Origin: a virus
Virus record (IMG/VR): IMGVR_UViG_3300026311_000001
Span: 1 to 64,000 of that record
Reading direction: 5' to 3' (one strand)
DNA: 64,000 nucleotides
Within the stretch, counting starts at the first letter, position 1. Each line of letters begins with the position of its first letter. This document shows positions 55,002 to 63,424 of this stretch, in pieces. Under the pieces are notes generated by a model, which saw only the letters and a program-made list of their open reading frames with translations, did not search any database and had not been told where the DNA came from. The translations under genes were made by a program, and so were the position numbers.

Positions 55002-55946
55002 ATGAACGAAGCACTAAAGGCATTTGAATTTAAAACCGAAGGGGAGGGAATTAATGTACTATCTCTTTTCGATGGGATGTCGTGTGGGCAAATTGCATTG
55101 CAGAAACTTGGTGTAAAAGTTAAAAACTATTTTGCCTCTGAGATTAAACCACACGCCATAAAAGTAACTCAACACAATTTCCCTGATACAATCCAGGTAG
55201 GTGATGTTACAAAACTACACGGTGAGTCATTTCCAAAAATAGACTTGCTAATAGGTGGCTCACCTTGTCAGGATTTTAGCAGGGGTAATGCAATACGTGA
55301 TGGATTGAATGGGATTAAATCAGGGCTTTTCTTTGAATACTTACGGCTAAAAGCTGAATTAAATCCTACCTATTGGCTACTTGAAAATGTAGTGATGAGT
55401 GATGCTGATTATTTCACCATTAGCAACTACATGAAAACCGAACCAGTAAGGATTAATTCGGCTTTGATTTCTGCTCAATTACGTGACCGCCTTTATTGGA
55501 CAAACGTAGGTCCGGAATACTTCGACTTATTTGGTAGCCGTAAGTGTGTAATACCACAACCAAAAGATAAAGGAATACTACTTAAACACATTTTAGAAAG
55601 TGGATATACTGATAGAGAAAAAAGCAGAGCATTACTTGAAAGTGATAGCCGACCATTACGGACACTTGAAAAAATGTGGCATAGATATTCTGATACAGGA
55701 TTTACAACTGTGGTATTTGAAAGCCCTGATTTAGATTGGCAAAAAGGATTGAGATACTTTACACAAACTGAATTAGAAAGACTACAAACTGTACCCGAAG
55801 GATACACCTCAATTTTGAAACGTAATGACGCAGCGTGTTTACTTGGTGATGGTTGGACTGTTGATGTTATTGCTCATATCTTGTCTTTCATGCGCGTGGG
55901 GGTTTTAAATTCAAATGCCTTACCCGAACTACAATATGAAACATGA
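55002..55946 (+). CDS. DNA (cytosine-5) methyltransferase
   Basis: VLSLFDGMSCG (motif I), GGSPCQDFS (IV, PC), LLENV (VI), TELERLQTVPEGYT (IX-like), LGDGWTVDVIAHI (X). Confidence 0.9.
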   Translation: MNEALKAFEFKTEGEGINVLSLFDGMSCGQIALQKLGVKVKNYFASEIKPHAIKVTQHNFPDTIQVGDVTKLHGESFPKIDLLIGGSPCQDFSRGNAIRDGLNGIKSGLFFEYLRLKAELNPTYWLLENVVMSDADYFTISNYMKTEPVRINSALISAQLRDRLYWTNVGPEYFDLFGSRKCVIPQPKDKGILLKHILESGYTDREKSRALLESDSRPLRTLEKMWHRYSDTGFTTVVFESPDLDWQKGLRYFTQTELERLQTVPEGYTSILKRNDAACLLGDGWTVDVIAHILSFMRVGVLNSNALPELQYET

Positions 55947-56110
55947 ACTCAATAGCTTTTTTTATGGCATATACACGTTGTTATGTGCTGTAAACCGTGA
56001 GCGTATGGCAAGCCCAACATGTGCGGTGGGAATGGATTTGAAGCATTGCATATACGGCTGGTATATGCTGTGCGGCCTCCGGCAGGGGTTGGGCTTATTG
56101 AGGAGGTTTA

Positions 56111-56249
56111 TTGCACATAACGTTGAGTGTAACCGCATGTAGCGGATTAGAAAGTAATAACCTATCAAATTATACGAATATGAATAAAGAGCAGAACACT
56201 TCGCAAACCACAGAACCCGCTATTGCGGTTGACACTGTGTTAGGCAACG
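56111..56249 (+). repeat. cassette junction element J1
   Basis: TTGCACATAAC (pairs with GTTATGTGC at 55980), arms AGTGTAACCGCATGTAGCGG / CCGCTATTGCGGTTGACACT, ATG 56180 in the loop, then GTTAGGCAACG. Confidence 0.65.
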
Positions 56250-56437
56250 TACTTTATTTACCTGAATTGGTAATGAGTTGGAAATCTTTAAATGTAGATA
56301 ATTTTGGTGTTAAACTACCAATTACAACATATCCAGGGATGGGTAAATATTGGATACCTGTATTTGAAAGCATTGAAGAATGCAAAAAAGAATATCCTGA
56401 CAGTAAGGTGATAATTATAAAACAAGGGCAATGGTAG
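56180..56437 (+). CDS. hypothetical cassette protein
   Basis: ATG in the J1 loop (MNKEQNTSQTTEPAIAVDTVLGNV...), in frame through the GTTA-box. Confidence 0.5.
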   Translation: MNKEQNTSQTTEPAIAVDTVLGNVLYLPELVMSWKSLNVDNFGVKLPITTYPGMGKYWIPVFESIEECKKEYPDSKVIIIKQGQW

Positions 56438-56440
56438 TAT

Positions 56441-56499
56441 GTTGCCTAACGGTTAGTATAAACGGTCGTTTTAATGCCGTTTATACATTGTTGTGTGTC
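56441..56499 (+). repeat. cassette junction element J2 (minimal, 59 bp)
   Basis: GTTGCCTAAC-GGTTAGTATAAACGGTC-gttttaat-GCCGTTTATACATT-GTTGTGTGTC. Confidence 0.7.
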
Positions 56500-56604
56500 T
56501 GTGGGCGGTGATTTAGTACTAAACTTTATTTGAAATACTGAACAAAAAAGAAAAAAGGGAGGGGGAAAACTTTATAGAGTACCCATTTATATAAATCTGA
56601 TACA

Positions 56605-56913
56605 ATGAAAGTATTAACAGAAGGTCACAAGTACCAATTAAGCGGTTTTGAGAACGCTGAAAACACTCAAGAAATCCAATTCATTGAGAAAACGCCAATT
56701 GAAGGCACAACCGAATTGAAAACGGTAAATGATGGAACAACTAACGAGGAACTTCTTGAAGTCTTAATTGACCGAATGAACTACTTACAAGGAAAATTCC
56801 CTTGCCGTGAAAATGCAATTGTAATTACTAAACTTCAAGAATCTTTGATGTGGTTAGAAAAAAGAACGTCTGACCGTAAAAAGAGAAATGTAGAAGGTAA
56901 ACAATTGGCTTAA
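56605..56913 (+). CDS. hypothetical cassette protein
   Basis: Track ORF of 102 aa. Confidence 0.55.
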   Translation: MKVLTEGHKYQLSGFENAENTQEIQFIEKTPIEGTTELKTVNDGTTNEELLEVLIDRMNYLQGKFPCRENAIVITKLQESLMWLEKRTSDRKKRNVEGKQLA

Positions 56914-56986
56914 ATTTTTGTGAGCGTGGGCTTTTTCTTTTTTGATTATTAGCAGAAATGTTGATTTGAAAAACGGATTTAGCCCA

Positions 56987-57291
56987 TTGCACACAACAAG
57001 GCTGGCGGTATGGGTATGTTTGCCCAACGCACCGCACCGGACTTGAATTGAAATACTTAACTTAAAAATACGAGCGATGGCATATTATTCATTGAATACA
57101 CAAATAAACAAAGGGAAATACAAAGGGAAAAAAGTAGAGGAACTTATTAAAAGTACCGAAGGGCAAAAATATCTTCTTGCCTTACATATTGGAAACTATA
57201 ATGTGTTTTTAAACCCAGAAGTATTCAGAGCGTTGGCAGATTACACTCGAACAAAGAACGGCAAATTACCTATACCGCATGTTAGCGATAC
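56987..57291 (+). repeat. cassette junction element J3 (long coding loop)
   Basis: TTGCACACAAC, arm GCGGTATGGGTA ... arm TACCTATACCGC, then GTTAGCGATAC. The loop contains the first ~68 codons of ORF 57077. Confidence 0.55.
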
Positions 57292-57388
57292 GGTTTGCGA
57301 TAATCCGCATTGCGTAGACGGTGTAGTAGCTGAAATATATGGCGAAAAAGTTTACTGCGATAAATGTCAATCGCAAACTGGACGCTAA
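57077..57388 (+). CDS. hypothetical Cys-rich protein spanning a junction
   Basis: 103 aa. ..GKLPIPHVSDTVCDNPHCVDG...CDKCQ. The stop TAA lies inside the TAAC-box GACGCTAAC. Confidence 0.5.
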   Translation: MAYYSLNTQINKGKYKGKKVEELIKSTEGQKYLLALHIGNYNVFLNPEVFRALADYTRTKNGKLPIPHVSDTVCDNPHCVDGVVAEIYGEKVYCDKCQSQTGR

Positions 57389-57510
57389 CGTTTGACGGTA
57401 TCAGCAGTATTTGCTTCACTAAATTTAATTTTAAACACAAATGACAAAATTAGCAGAAAATAATCCACAAGGCACGGCAAATATTGCTGATGACTGTGTG
57501 TTAGCCACCG
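57381..57510 (+). repeat. cassette junction element J4
   Basis: GACGCTAAC, arms ATCAGCAGTATTTGC / GCAAATATTGCTGAT, ATG 57441 in the loop, then GTTAGCCACCG. Confidence 0.65.
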
Positions 57511-57767
57511 TACTTTTATGTGATTGCGGGTCGGCGGAGCATCAAATAATAATACATAAAGACAAAGATTTTTCAGAAGGATATAGAGAAGTGATACTTT
57601 GTCCACACTTAATCACATACCGTAATATTTTCAAACGGGTATTGGTTGCTTTTAAATACATATTTGGTTATAAATGCAAATATGGTGCGTGGGATAGTAT
57701 CATAGTTTCGAAACAAAATTATCTACCATTAAAAGAAGCTGTGGAGTTTCTTGAGTATGGTGGCTAA
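57441..57767 (+). CDS. hypothetical cassette protein
   Basis: 108 aa. Stop inside GGTGGCTAAC. Confidence 0.5.
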   Translation: MTKLAENNPQGTANIADDCVLATVLLCDCGSAEHQIIIHKDKDFSEGYREVILCPHLITYRNIFKRVLVAFKYIFGYKCKYGAWDSIIVSKQNYLPLKEAVEFLEYGG

Positions 57768-57894
57768 CGGACGAGCGTATGAGTAGTGGCGGATAGAATG
57801 CAACTACCTTTCGTAAAGCACAAAGATTGAAAAGAGAACTAAACTTAAATATTAACACAAAAACCGCCATTACTTATACGCATTGTTAGCGGTA
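57759..57894 (+). repeat. cassette junction element J5
   Basis: GGTGGCTAAC, arms GCGTATGAGTAGTGGCGG / CCGCCATTACTTATACGC, then GTTAGCGGTA. Confidence 0.7.
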
Positions 57895-57921
57895 TGTATG
57901 GGCGGATTAGAAGTACAAAAG

Positions 57922-58476
57922 ATGAAAAAATACGAAATAATTTACGCAGATCCAGCTTGGCAATATAAGACCAAAGAAAGCCTTGCAAAAACAAGTATTT
58001 TGAATGGGGAGCTTAACACCCATTATGGAACGATGACTATTGCTGAGTTGGGTGGGTTGCCGTTGGGGAGCATTTCAGATAAAAACTCTATGCTGTTTAT
58101 GTGGGTGGTTAGCCCGATGCTTGATGATGGAATTGAACTTATGAAAAAATGGGGCTTTAAATATAGCACAATAGCTTTTATTTGGCACAAACAAAGGGCT
58201 AACCCTGGACATTATACTATGAGCGAATGTGAAATATGTTTAGTTGGAAGGCGGGGTAAAATACCAACTCCAAGAGGGGCAAGAAATGTTCGTCAGTTTT
58301 TATCTGAAATGCGTGGAAAACACTCTGCTAAACCAACTGAAATAAGAAATAGAATTGAACTTATGTTTCCAACACAAACAAAATTAGAAATGTTTGCAAG
58401 GCAGAGTGCGAAGGGTTGGGATGCGTGGGGAAACGAGGTTGAAAATAGCATTGACCTTAGCCCATATTACCGCTAA
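57922..58476 (+). CDS. MT-A70-family DNA N6-adenine methyltransferase
   Basis: IIYADPAWQY (DPPW-type motif IV), MLFMWV, KWGFKY, HSAKP. Confidence 0.9.
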   Translation: MKKYEIIYADPAWQYKTKESLAKTSILNGELNTHYGTMTIAELGGLPLGSISDKNSMLFMWVVSPMLDDGIELMKKWGFKYSTIAFIWHKQRANPGHYTMSECEICLVGRRGKIPTPRGARNVRQFLSEMRGKHSAKPTEIRNRIELMFPTQTKLEMFARQSAKGWDAWGNEVENSIDLSPYYR

Positions 58477-58569
58477 CGGCTTGTGGTATGAAATCGAAAC
58501 CGACACCACCACAGCCTGAACAATGCGACTAAGCAACCAGAGGTTTTGTTTTATACCACTTGTTAGCCA
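58468..58569 (+). repeat. cassette junction element J6
   Basis: TACCGCTAAC (pairs with GTTAGCGGTA at 57885), arms GTGGTATGAAATCGAAACC / GGTTTTGTTTTATACCAC, then GTTAGCCA. Confidence 0.7.
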
Positions 58570-58611
58570 TCTGGTGCGGTCAATTAGTAATAAACTTAAT
58601 TTGAAAACGAA

Positions 58612-59019
58612 ATGGAAGCAAAAAATTTTAGAATTGGAAATTTACTTACAAGCAAAGGATGGGGAAATGTTGGGGCAATTGAAGGGATTGAAATTACACA
58701 AGATGGTTTTGAATTGAAAGTAAAAGGGTATGTGCATCCTTGGGAAAAAGACAAATATTTTGATTTAGCCCCAATTGAATTAGATGAAGAATGGCTTACA
58801 AAATTTGGATTTATTGAAGAAACTCCAAACGAGTTTATACTACGGAAACATCCGATAATTTTTAACATTCATAGAAATTTAGTCACTGGTGAGTTTATGT
58901 CCAGAATGAACCCGAATTATTCAATATTAGTTAAATCTGTTCATCAATTGCAGAATTTATTTTTTGCGCTTACAAAAGATGAACTTGAATTGAAAACGGA
59001 ATGTAGCACTTGTGGCTAA
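58612..59019 (+). CDS. hypothetical cassette protein
   Basis: 135 aa. Stop inside TGTGGCTAAC. Confidence 0.55.
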   Translation: MEAKNFRIGNLLTSKGWGNVGAIEGIEITQDGFELKVKGYVHPWEKDKYFDLAPIELDEEWLTKFGFIEETPNEFILRKHPIIFNIHRNLVTGEFMSRMNPNYSILVKSVHQLQNLFFALTKDELELKTECSTCG

Positions 59020-59112
59020 CGGTCGGGTATTGGCGATGCCCGCACTTAGAAACTTTAAATTATAAACAAGCTGTCCAGCGGGTATTGCCAATACCTTGTT
59101 AGCAGCAGTAAC
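59010..59112 (+). repeat. cassette junction element J7
   Basis: TTGTGGCTAAC, arms GGGTATTGGCGATGCCCGC / GCGGGTATTGCCAATACC, then GTTAGCAGCAGTAAC. Confidence 0.7.
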
Positions 59113-59124
59113 GGATTAAAAAAA

Positions 59125-59313
59125 ATGGAACAGTCAAAACAAGAAAAAGAAATTTATGAGTTAGCAGAACTTTTGATGCAGTCTGAAAACTTAGAAGCAA
59201 GTGCAACTATCCTTCGTGATTTTGCTGAAAAGTGTTATCAAGAAGGGGCGGTTGATGCTCAAAAAGATGCAGCGGAAGAAATACGTGAACACTATGTCGA
59301 AGGTGGTCGGTAG
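59125..59313 (+). CDS. hypothetical acidic small protein
   Basis: Track ORF of 62 aa. Confidence 0.5.
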   Translation: MEQSKQEKEIYELAELLMQSENLEASATILRDFAEKCYQEGAVDAQKDAAEEIREHYVEGGR

Positions 59314-59457
59314 TTATTGCTGCTAACGGTTGATTATATGAAACGGTGGGGATTTAAAGCCTTACATTTTCGCATCGTAATAAACTAACAACAAGGCAGG
59401 TGGGCTAAAAAGACGTATGACACCCCACTGTTTTATATAATGTGTTGTGCGCAGTAC
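59313..59457 (+). repeat. cassette junction element J8
   Basis: GTTATTGCTGCTAAC (14 of 15 complementary to 59098-59112), arms ATTATATGAAACGGTGGGG / CCCCACTGTTTTATATAAT, then GTTGTGCGCAGTAC. Confidence 0.7.
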
Positions 59458-59461
59458 GGTT

Positions 59462-59662
59462 ATGAAATTTGCAGTAACAGTTTTTAATACTGAAAGAGTT
59501 TCTTACGAAGAAATAAAAGACGTAGGACACACGAAAATTTTTAATGACACTGATAGTTTGAAAGATATAATTGAATGGGGAAACTCTATTCGTGCAAAAA
59601 CCTATGATGGGCCAAAAACAGTTGATATAACAGAATTAAGATTCAGCAAGTTGTGTGAGTAG
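59462..59662 (+). CDS. hypothetical cassette protein
   Basis: Likely ATG at 59462 (MKFAVTVFNTE...). Confidence 0.5.
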   Translation: MKFAVTVFNTERVSYEEIKDVGHTKIFNDTDSLKDIIEWGNSIRAKTYDGPKTVDITELRFSKLCE

Positions 59663-59763
59663 TATTGCGCACAACGGATGGGTATATGAAAAGTAGCCCA
59701 ACCGCAAACTTTGAACAACGCACGAACCTTTCATGGGCTATTTTTTATATACCGTGTTAGCTG
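59662..59763 (+). repeat. cassette junction element J9
   Basis: GTATTGCGCACAAC, arms GGTATATGAAAAGTAGCCCA / TGGGCTATTTTTTATATACC, then GTTAGCTG. Confidence 0.7.
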
Positions 59764-59795
59764 TCTGGTGCGGATTTTAAAAACAAAACTTTAAT

Positions 59796-60629
59796 ATGAA
59801 AAACGAACGTAGTAATAATATTTTTTTGAGCGGTGGCAAAAATGGTTTTGAAAAAAACAAAAACATCCTTTGGTATGGTGAATGCCTTCAGATGATGAAG
59901 CAAATACCTGACCAGAGTATAAACCTAATCTGCTGTGATTTACCCTATGGTGTGACTAAAAATAAATGGGATTCATTAATTGACTTGGATTTGCTTTGGG
60001 AGCAATACGAAAGAGTAATAGTTGAAAATGGTGCAATAGTTCTTTTTGGACAAGATAAATTTTCTGCAAGGTTGATGCTTTCAAATGAGAAGCTACATAG
60101 ATATAACTTGATATGGCAGAAAACCACACCAACAGGACATTTGAACGCTAAAAGAATGCCCTTAAGAAGCCACGAAGATATATTGGTGTTTTACAAGAAA
60201 TTACCAACATATAACCCACAAAAAACGACTGGACACAAAAGGAAGGTAAGCACAGCAAAGCATAAGCGAAACTCAAAAAAGACAACCAATTACGGTGAAC
60301 ACGGATTGACAACTTATGATAGTACCGAACGCTACCCGAAAAGTGTTTTGACCTTTGCAACTGATAAACAGAAATCAGCATTACATCCAACACAAAAACC
60401 GCTGGAGTTGATTAAATATCTTGTAAAAACATATTCAAATGAAAATGATTGGGTACTTGATAATACTTGCGGAAGTAACACAACTGGACTTGCTTGCTTT
60501 GAATTAAACCGAAACTATATTGGAATTGAGAATGATTTTGATATGTACGAAATTTCAAAAGAGCGGGTGGGAGAAAAAAATATTATTACGGCTGATATGC
60601 ACGAACCTTCAATTAAAACTGGAACGTAG
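59796..60629 (+). CDS. DNA methyltransferase, N6/N4 (PF01555-like, beta-class order)
   Basis: LICCDLPYGV (motif IV variant), ...HPTQKPLELIKYLVKTYS....VLDNTCGSNTTG (motif I). Confidence 0.85.
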   Translation: MKNERSNNIFLSGGKNGFEKNKNILWYGECLQMMKQIPDQSINLICCDLPYGVTKNKWDSLIDLDLLWEQYERVIVENGAIVLFGQDKFSARLMLSNEKLHRYNLIWQKTTPTGHLNAKRMPLRSHEDILVFYKKLPTYNPQKTTGHKRKVSTAKHKRNSKKTTNYGEHGLTTYDSTERYPKSVLTFATDKQKSALHPTQKPLELIKYLVKTYSNENDWVLDNTCGSNTTGLACFELNRNYIGIENDFDMYEISKERVGEKNIITADMHEPSIKTGT

Positions 60630-60632
60630 CAC

Positions 60633-60773
60633 TTGCAGCTAACGGATTACGGCTATGAAGCGTTGCCGAGTAAAACGCCCTAACTTTCAAATTAAAAATA
60701 AAATGAATAAAGAGAACAAAACTTCGGATAAGCACGAACACGGCAATGATTTTATAGCCGATGTTATGCAACG
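60633..60773 (+). repeat. cassette junction element J10
   Basis: TTGCAGCTAAC (pairs with GTTAGCTG at 59756), arms CGGCTATGAAGCGTTGCCG / CGGCAATGATTTTATAGCCG, ATG 60703 in the loop, then GTTATGCAACG. Confidence 0.65.
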
Positions 60774-60921
60774 TTTTTTAATTTATGCTGATGACTACAT
60801 CACTTGGAACAAACAAAAAAATGACTGGAATCATTCTGATGAATTTACAGGCACTTACTTAGACGCTCACGAATATGCCCGTTCAAAATATGGTAAGCGT
60901 TATACTTTAAATGTTGCATAA
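60703..60921 (+). CDS. hypothetical cassette protein
   Basis: MNKENKTSDKHEHGNDFIADVMQRF... Stop inside GTTGCATAAC. Confidence 0.5.
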   Translation: MNKENKTSDKHEHGNDFIADVMQRFLIYADDYITWNKQKNDWNHSDEFTGTYLDAHEYARSKYGKRYTLNVA

Positions 60922-61049
60922 CGTGTTGCAAATAAATATAGTACGATTATGAAAGAAAAAATTATCGAAATAGTAGGATTTAACATGGAACCCGAAAGGG
61001 CTGAACTTATTGCGCAGCGAGTATTGGATTTATTTGCTGTTATGCGACG
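60913..61049 (+). repeat. cassette junction element J11
   Basis: GTTGCATAAC (10 of 10 with GTTATGCAAC at 60763), arms GCAAATAAATATAGTAC / GTATTGGATTTATTTGC, ATG 60949 in the loop, then GTTATGCGACG. Confidence 0.65.
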
Positions 61050-61254
61050 TTTTAATTTTAGAATTGTAAAAGACGTGAATAGAGATAAAAAACACCCAGG
61101 ATGGGAAATGATTAATTACGGATTAGAAATTGATAATGAAATAGTATGTTGGTTTGCTTATGAACATCCACAAATGACATTAGAAGAAATTAAGTTGCAA
61201 CAAAATAAAAGAGAATTATATGAAGAAATTGTGCGCAGGGTAAATGGCGCATAA
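60949..61254 (+). CDS. hypothetical cassette protein
   Basis: 101 aa. Stop inside GGCGCATAAC. Confidence 0.5.
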   Translation: MKEKIIEIVGFNMEPERAELIAQRVLDLFAVMRRFNFRIVKDVNRDKKHPGWEMINYGLEIDNEIVCWFAYEHPQMTLEEIKLQQNKRELYEEIVRRVNGA

Positions 61255-61349
61255 CGGTTGAGGCTAAGAAACGTAGCCTTGTAATCACGTTTCAAAATAG
61301 GCAGGAACTTGTCAGGCTATGTTTTTTAGCCTTTGTTACCGCCAGTTAA
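61246..61349 (+). repeat. cassette junction element J12
   Basis: GGCGCATAAC, arms GGCTAAGAAACGTAGCCT / AGGCTATGTTTTTTAGCC, then GTTACCGCCAGTTAA. Confidence 0.7.
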
Positions 61350-61360
61350 TTTTAAAAGTC

Positions 61361-61618
61361 ATGAGTAATTATTTGGAATTTCAAGAAATTAAATCAGATT
61401 ATTTTAATGCTGATGGTGAATTTTACGGAGGATTCACAGGATGCTCGCCTGTAAAAAATATTATGGAAAAAATGAACAAAACTATTGAGGAAATGGCAGA
61501 ACATTCAAAACGCCTTGTTGCTCAAATTGAATCTTTTGACTTTATAAACAAAGAACCATTAAATTTAAAAGATAGTGAACATTTTATTAACTTAAAAAAA
61601 TATATAGATTATGTGTAA
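61361..61618 (+). CDS. hypothetical cassette protein
   Basis: Likely ATG at 61361 (MSNYLEFQEIK...). Confidence 0.5.
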   Translation: MSNYLEFQEIKSDYFNADGEFYGGFTGCSPVKNIMEKMNKTIEEMAEHSKRLVAQIESFDFINKEPLNLKDSEHFINLKKYIDYV

Positions 61619-61817
61619 ATATAAAAAATCAAACCCGCAACCTAAAAACATTCCATATCCAAGAGTTCAATTTGAATCTGAGTGTGGATTTAAACTTATG
61701 TTAACAGAAGGATATGACCAAGATTGGCATAACCACAAAAAATACGGACAGCCATTATTGCCAAAAGGTAAATGCTTAAAGTGTCAGTCTGAAATTGAAG
61801 TAGTGCCGTCTTTTTAA
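61611..61817 (+). CDS. hypothetical small protein (CxxC)
   Basis: 68 aa. Overlaps the previous ORF by 8 nt, so there are two ORFs in one cassette. Confidence 0.45.
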   Translation: MCKYKKSNPQPKNIPYPRVQFESECGFKLMLTEGYDQDWHNHKKYGQPLLPKGKCLKCQSEIEVVPSF

Positions 61818-61959
61818 TTGGCGGTAACGGTGGGTGTAGCTGCCAGTGGCGGCAAGTAACCGAAAAGCATAATTAGAATTATAAACTTTAAAATACTTAC
61901 AAAATGTCAAACGAAGAACAACACCAGCCATTGCAGCTACACGATGTTAGCCGCTGCCC
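61814..61959 (+). repeat. cassette junction element J13
   Basis: TTAATTGGCGGTAAC (14 of 15 with 61335-61349), arms GTGTAGCTGCCAGTGGC / GCCATTGCAGCTACAC, ATG 61904 in the loop, then GTTAGCCGCTGCCC. Confidence 0.7.
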
Positions 61960-62275
61960 TTCTGATGTTGAAATGATTGAATCATTAAATAAGAAGGTTG
62001 AAGAAAAACAACGAAAACTTAATGACCTGGAAAACAAATTCAGGGAATGCCGGGAAGAGTACAGGCAACTTATATCTTTTCAAATCGCTCAATTAAGAGC
62101 AGTACAGATGCTTTACGATGTGATGAAAAACGGAAATACTCACTATCAAAAGGCTTTATTTGCTGAAATAGCTAAGGAATCGCTTGGCCGAGAAATAGGT
62201 TCACTTATTGAACGCTATCAAAACACTAAATGGAAATTTCGATTAGGTGACGAACCTGACGAACTACCGTTTTAG
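61904..62275 (+). CDS. coiled-coil protein with SSB-like acidic C-terminal tip
   Basis: Ends ..LGDEPDELPF*; compare the phage SSB candidate, which ends ..GADDLPF*. Confidence 0.5.
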   Translation: MSNEEQHQPLQLHDVSRCPSDVEMIESLNKKVEEKQRKLNDLENKFRECREEYRQLISFQIAQLRAVQMLYDVMKNGNTHYQKALFAEIAKESLGREIGSLIERYQNTKWKFRLGDEPDELPF

Positions 62276-62277
62276 GG

Positions 62278-62416
62278 TTGCGGCTAACGTTGGGTATATG
62301 ACCAGTAGCGGATTAAATAGTAATAACTTATCAAATTAGTAGAATGAATATAGAAAGCACAGAACTTCAAAACAGCACCGCCCCCGCTATTGGTTATATA
62401 CCGGGTTATGCACAGG
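62278..62416 (+). repeat. cassette junction element J14
   Basis: TTGCGGCTAAC, arms GGGTATATGACCAGTAGCGG / CCGCTATTGGTTATATACC, ATG 62344 in the loop, then GTTATGCACAGG. Confidence 0.7.
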
Positions 62417-63423
62417 TTTTTTCTCATCGTTTTCCTTATCGTTGGACTTTGAAAGATGCCAACTTTACAAAGGATAAGGGCAAAGTATTTAGTTGCTTTG
62501 CTTGTGGTGGTGGTTCAACAATGGGTTACAAATTAGCGGGGTTTGATGTGATAGGATGCAATGAGATTGACCCTAAAATGATGGAAGCATACCGAACTAA
62601 CCACAACCCCAAATACAGCTATTTAGAACCGATACAAACCTTTAAACTTAGAAAGGATTTACCAAAGGAATTATACAACCTTGATATTTTGGACGGTTCA
62701 CCACCTTGTAGCAGTTTTTCAATGGCTGGAAATAGAGAAAAAGACTGGGGTAAAGATAAGGTTTTTAGAGAAGGTCAAGCGATGCAAGTTTTAGATACTT
62801 TGTTTTTTGATTTTATTGATTTGGCGAAGAAATTACAGCCGAAAGTTGTGGTTGCTGAAAATGTGAAAGGGTTGCTTTTAGGCGAAGCGAAGAAATATGT
62901 AAGACAAATATACCGTGAGTTTGACCAAGCAGGATATTACTGCCAACATTGGCTTTTAGATGCTTCAAAAATGGGTGTACCTCAAAGACGTGAGCGAGTG
63001 TTTTTTATTTGTTTACGTAAAGATTTAGCTGAACCTTTTTTGTATCAGCAAGATTTGTTTACGGTTAATCCTAAATTGGAATTGAATTTTAATGAGCCGG
63101 AAATACCTATAAAGCAATTTGCAAAAGGTATTGCAAAAAAAGAAAGTCAAAATTATTCAGAAGATAGATTTGGCGATGTAATGTTAGACTTGAATAGAGC
63201 AAGCAACACAATAGCGACAGACATAAATAGATATTGGCTTGATGAAAATACGTTGATTGATAAAAACACAGTTAGCTTAATAGGTAGTTATCCTATTGAT
63301 TACAACCACTTGGAATTTAACAACCCTCAGTATTTAATCGGAATGAGCGTTCCGCCTGTAATGACAGCAAACATAGCGACTGAAATTTATTCGCAATGGC
63401 TCTCAAAATTGGCACGGTCTTAA
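62344..63423 (+). CDS. DNA (cytosine-5) methyltransferase
   Basis: FSCFACGGGSTMGY (I), DGSPPCSSFS (IV), VVAENVKGLL (VI), VPQRRERVFF (VIII), IGMSVPPVM (X). About 45 aa of N-terminal leader is encoded in the junction. Confidence 0.9.
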   Translation: MNIESTELQNSTAPAIGYIPGYAQVFSHRFPYRWTLKDANFTKDKGKVFSCFACGGGSTMGYKLAGFDVIGCNEIDPKMMEAYRTNHNPKYSYLEPIQTFKLRKDLPKELYNLDILDGSPPCSSFSMAGNREKDWGKDKVFREGQAMQVLDTLFFDFIDLAKKLQPKVVVAENVKGLLLGEAKKYVRQIYREFDQAGYYCQHWLLDASKMGVPQRRERVFFICLRKDLAEPFLYQQDLFTVNPKLELNFNEPEIPIKQFAKGIAKKESQNYSEDRFGDVMLDLNRASNTIATDINRYWLDENTLIDKNTVSLIGSYPIDYNHLEFNNPQYLIGMSVPPVMTANIATEIYSQWLSKLARS

Positions 63424-63424
63424 A

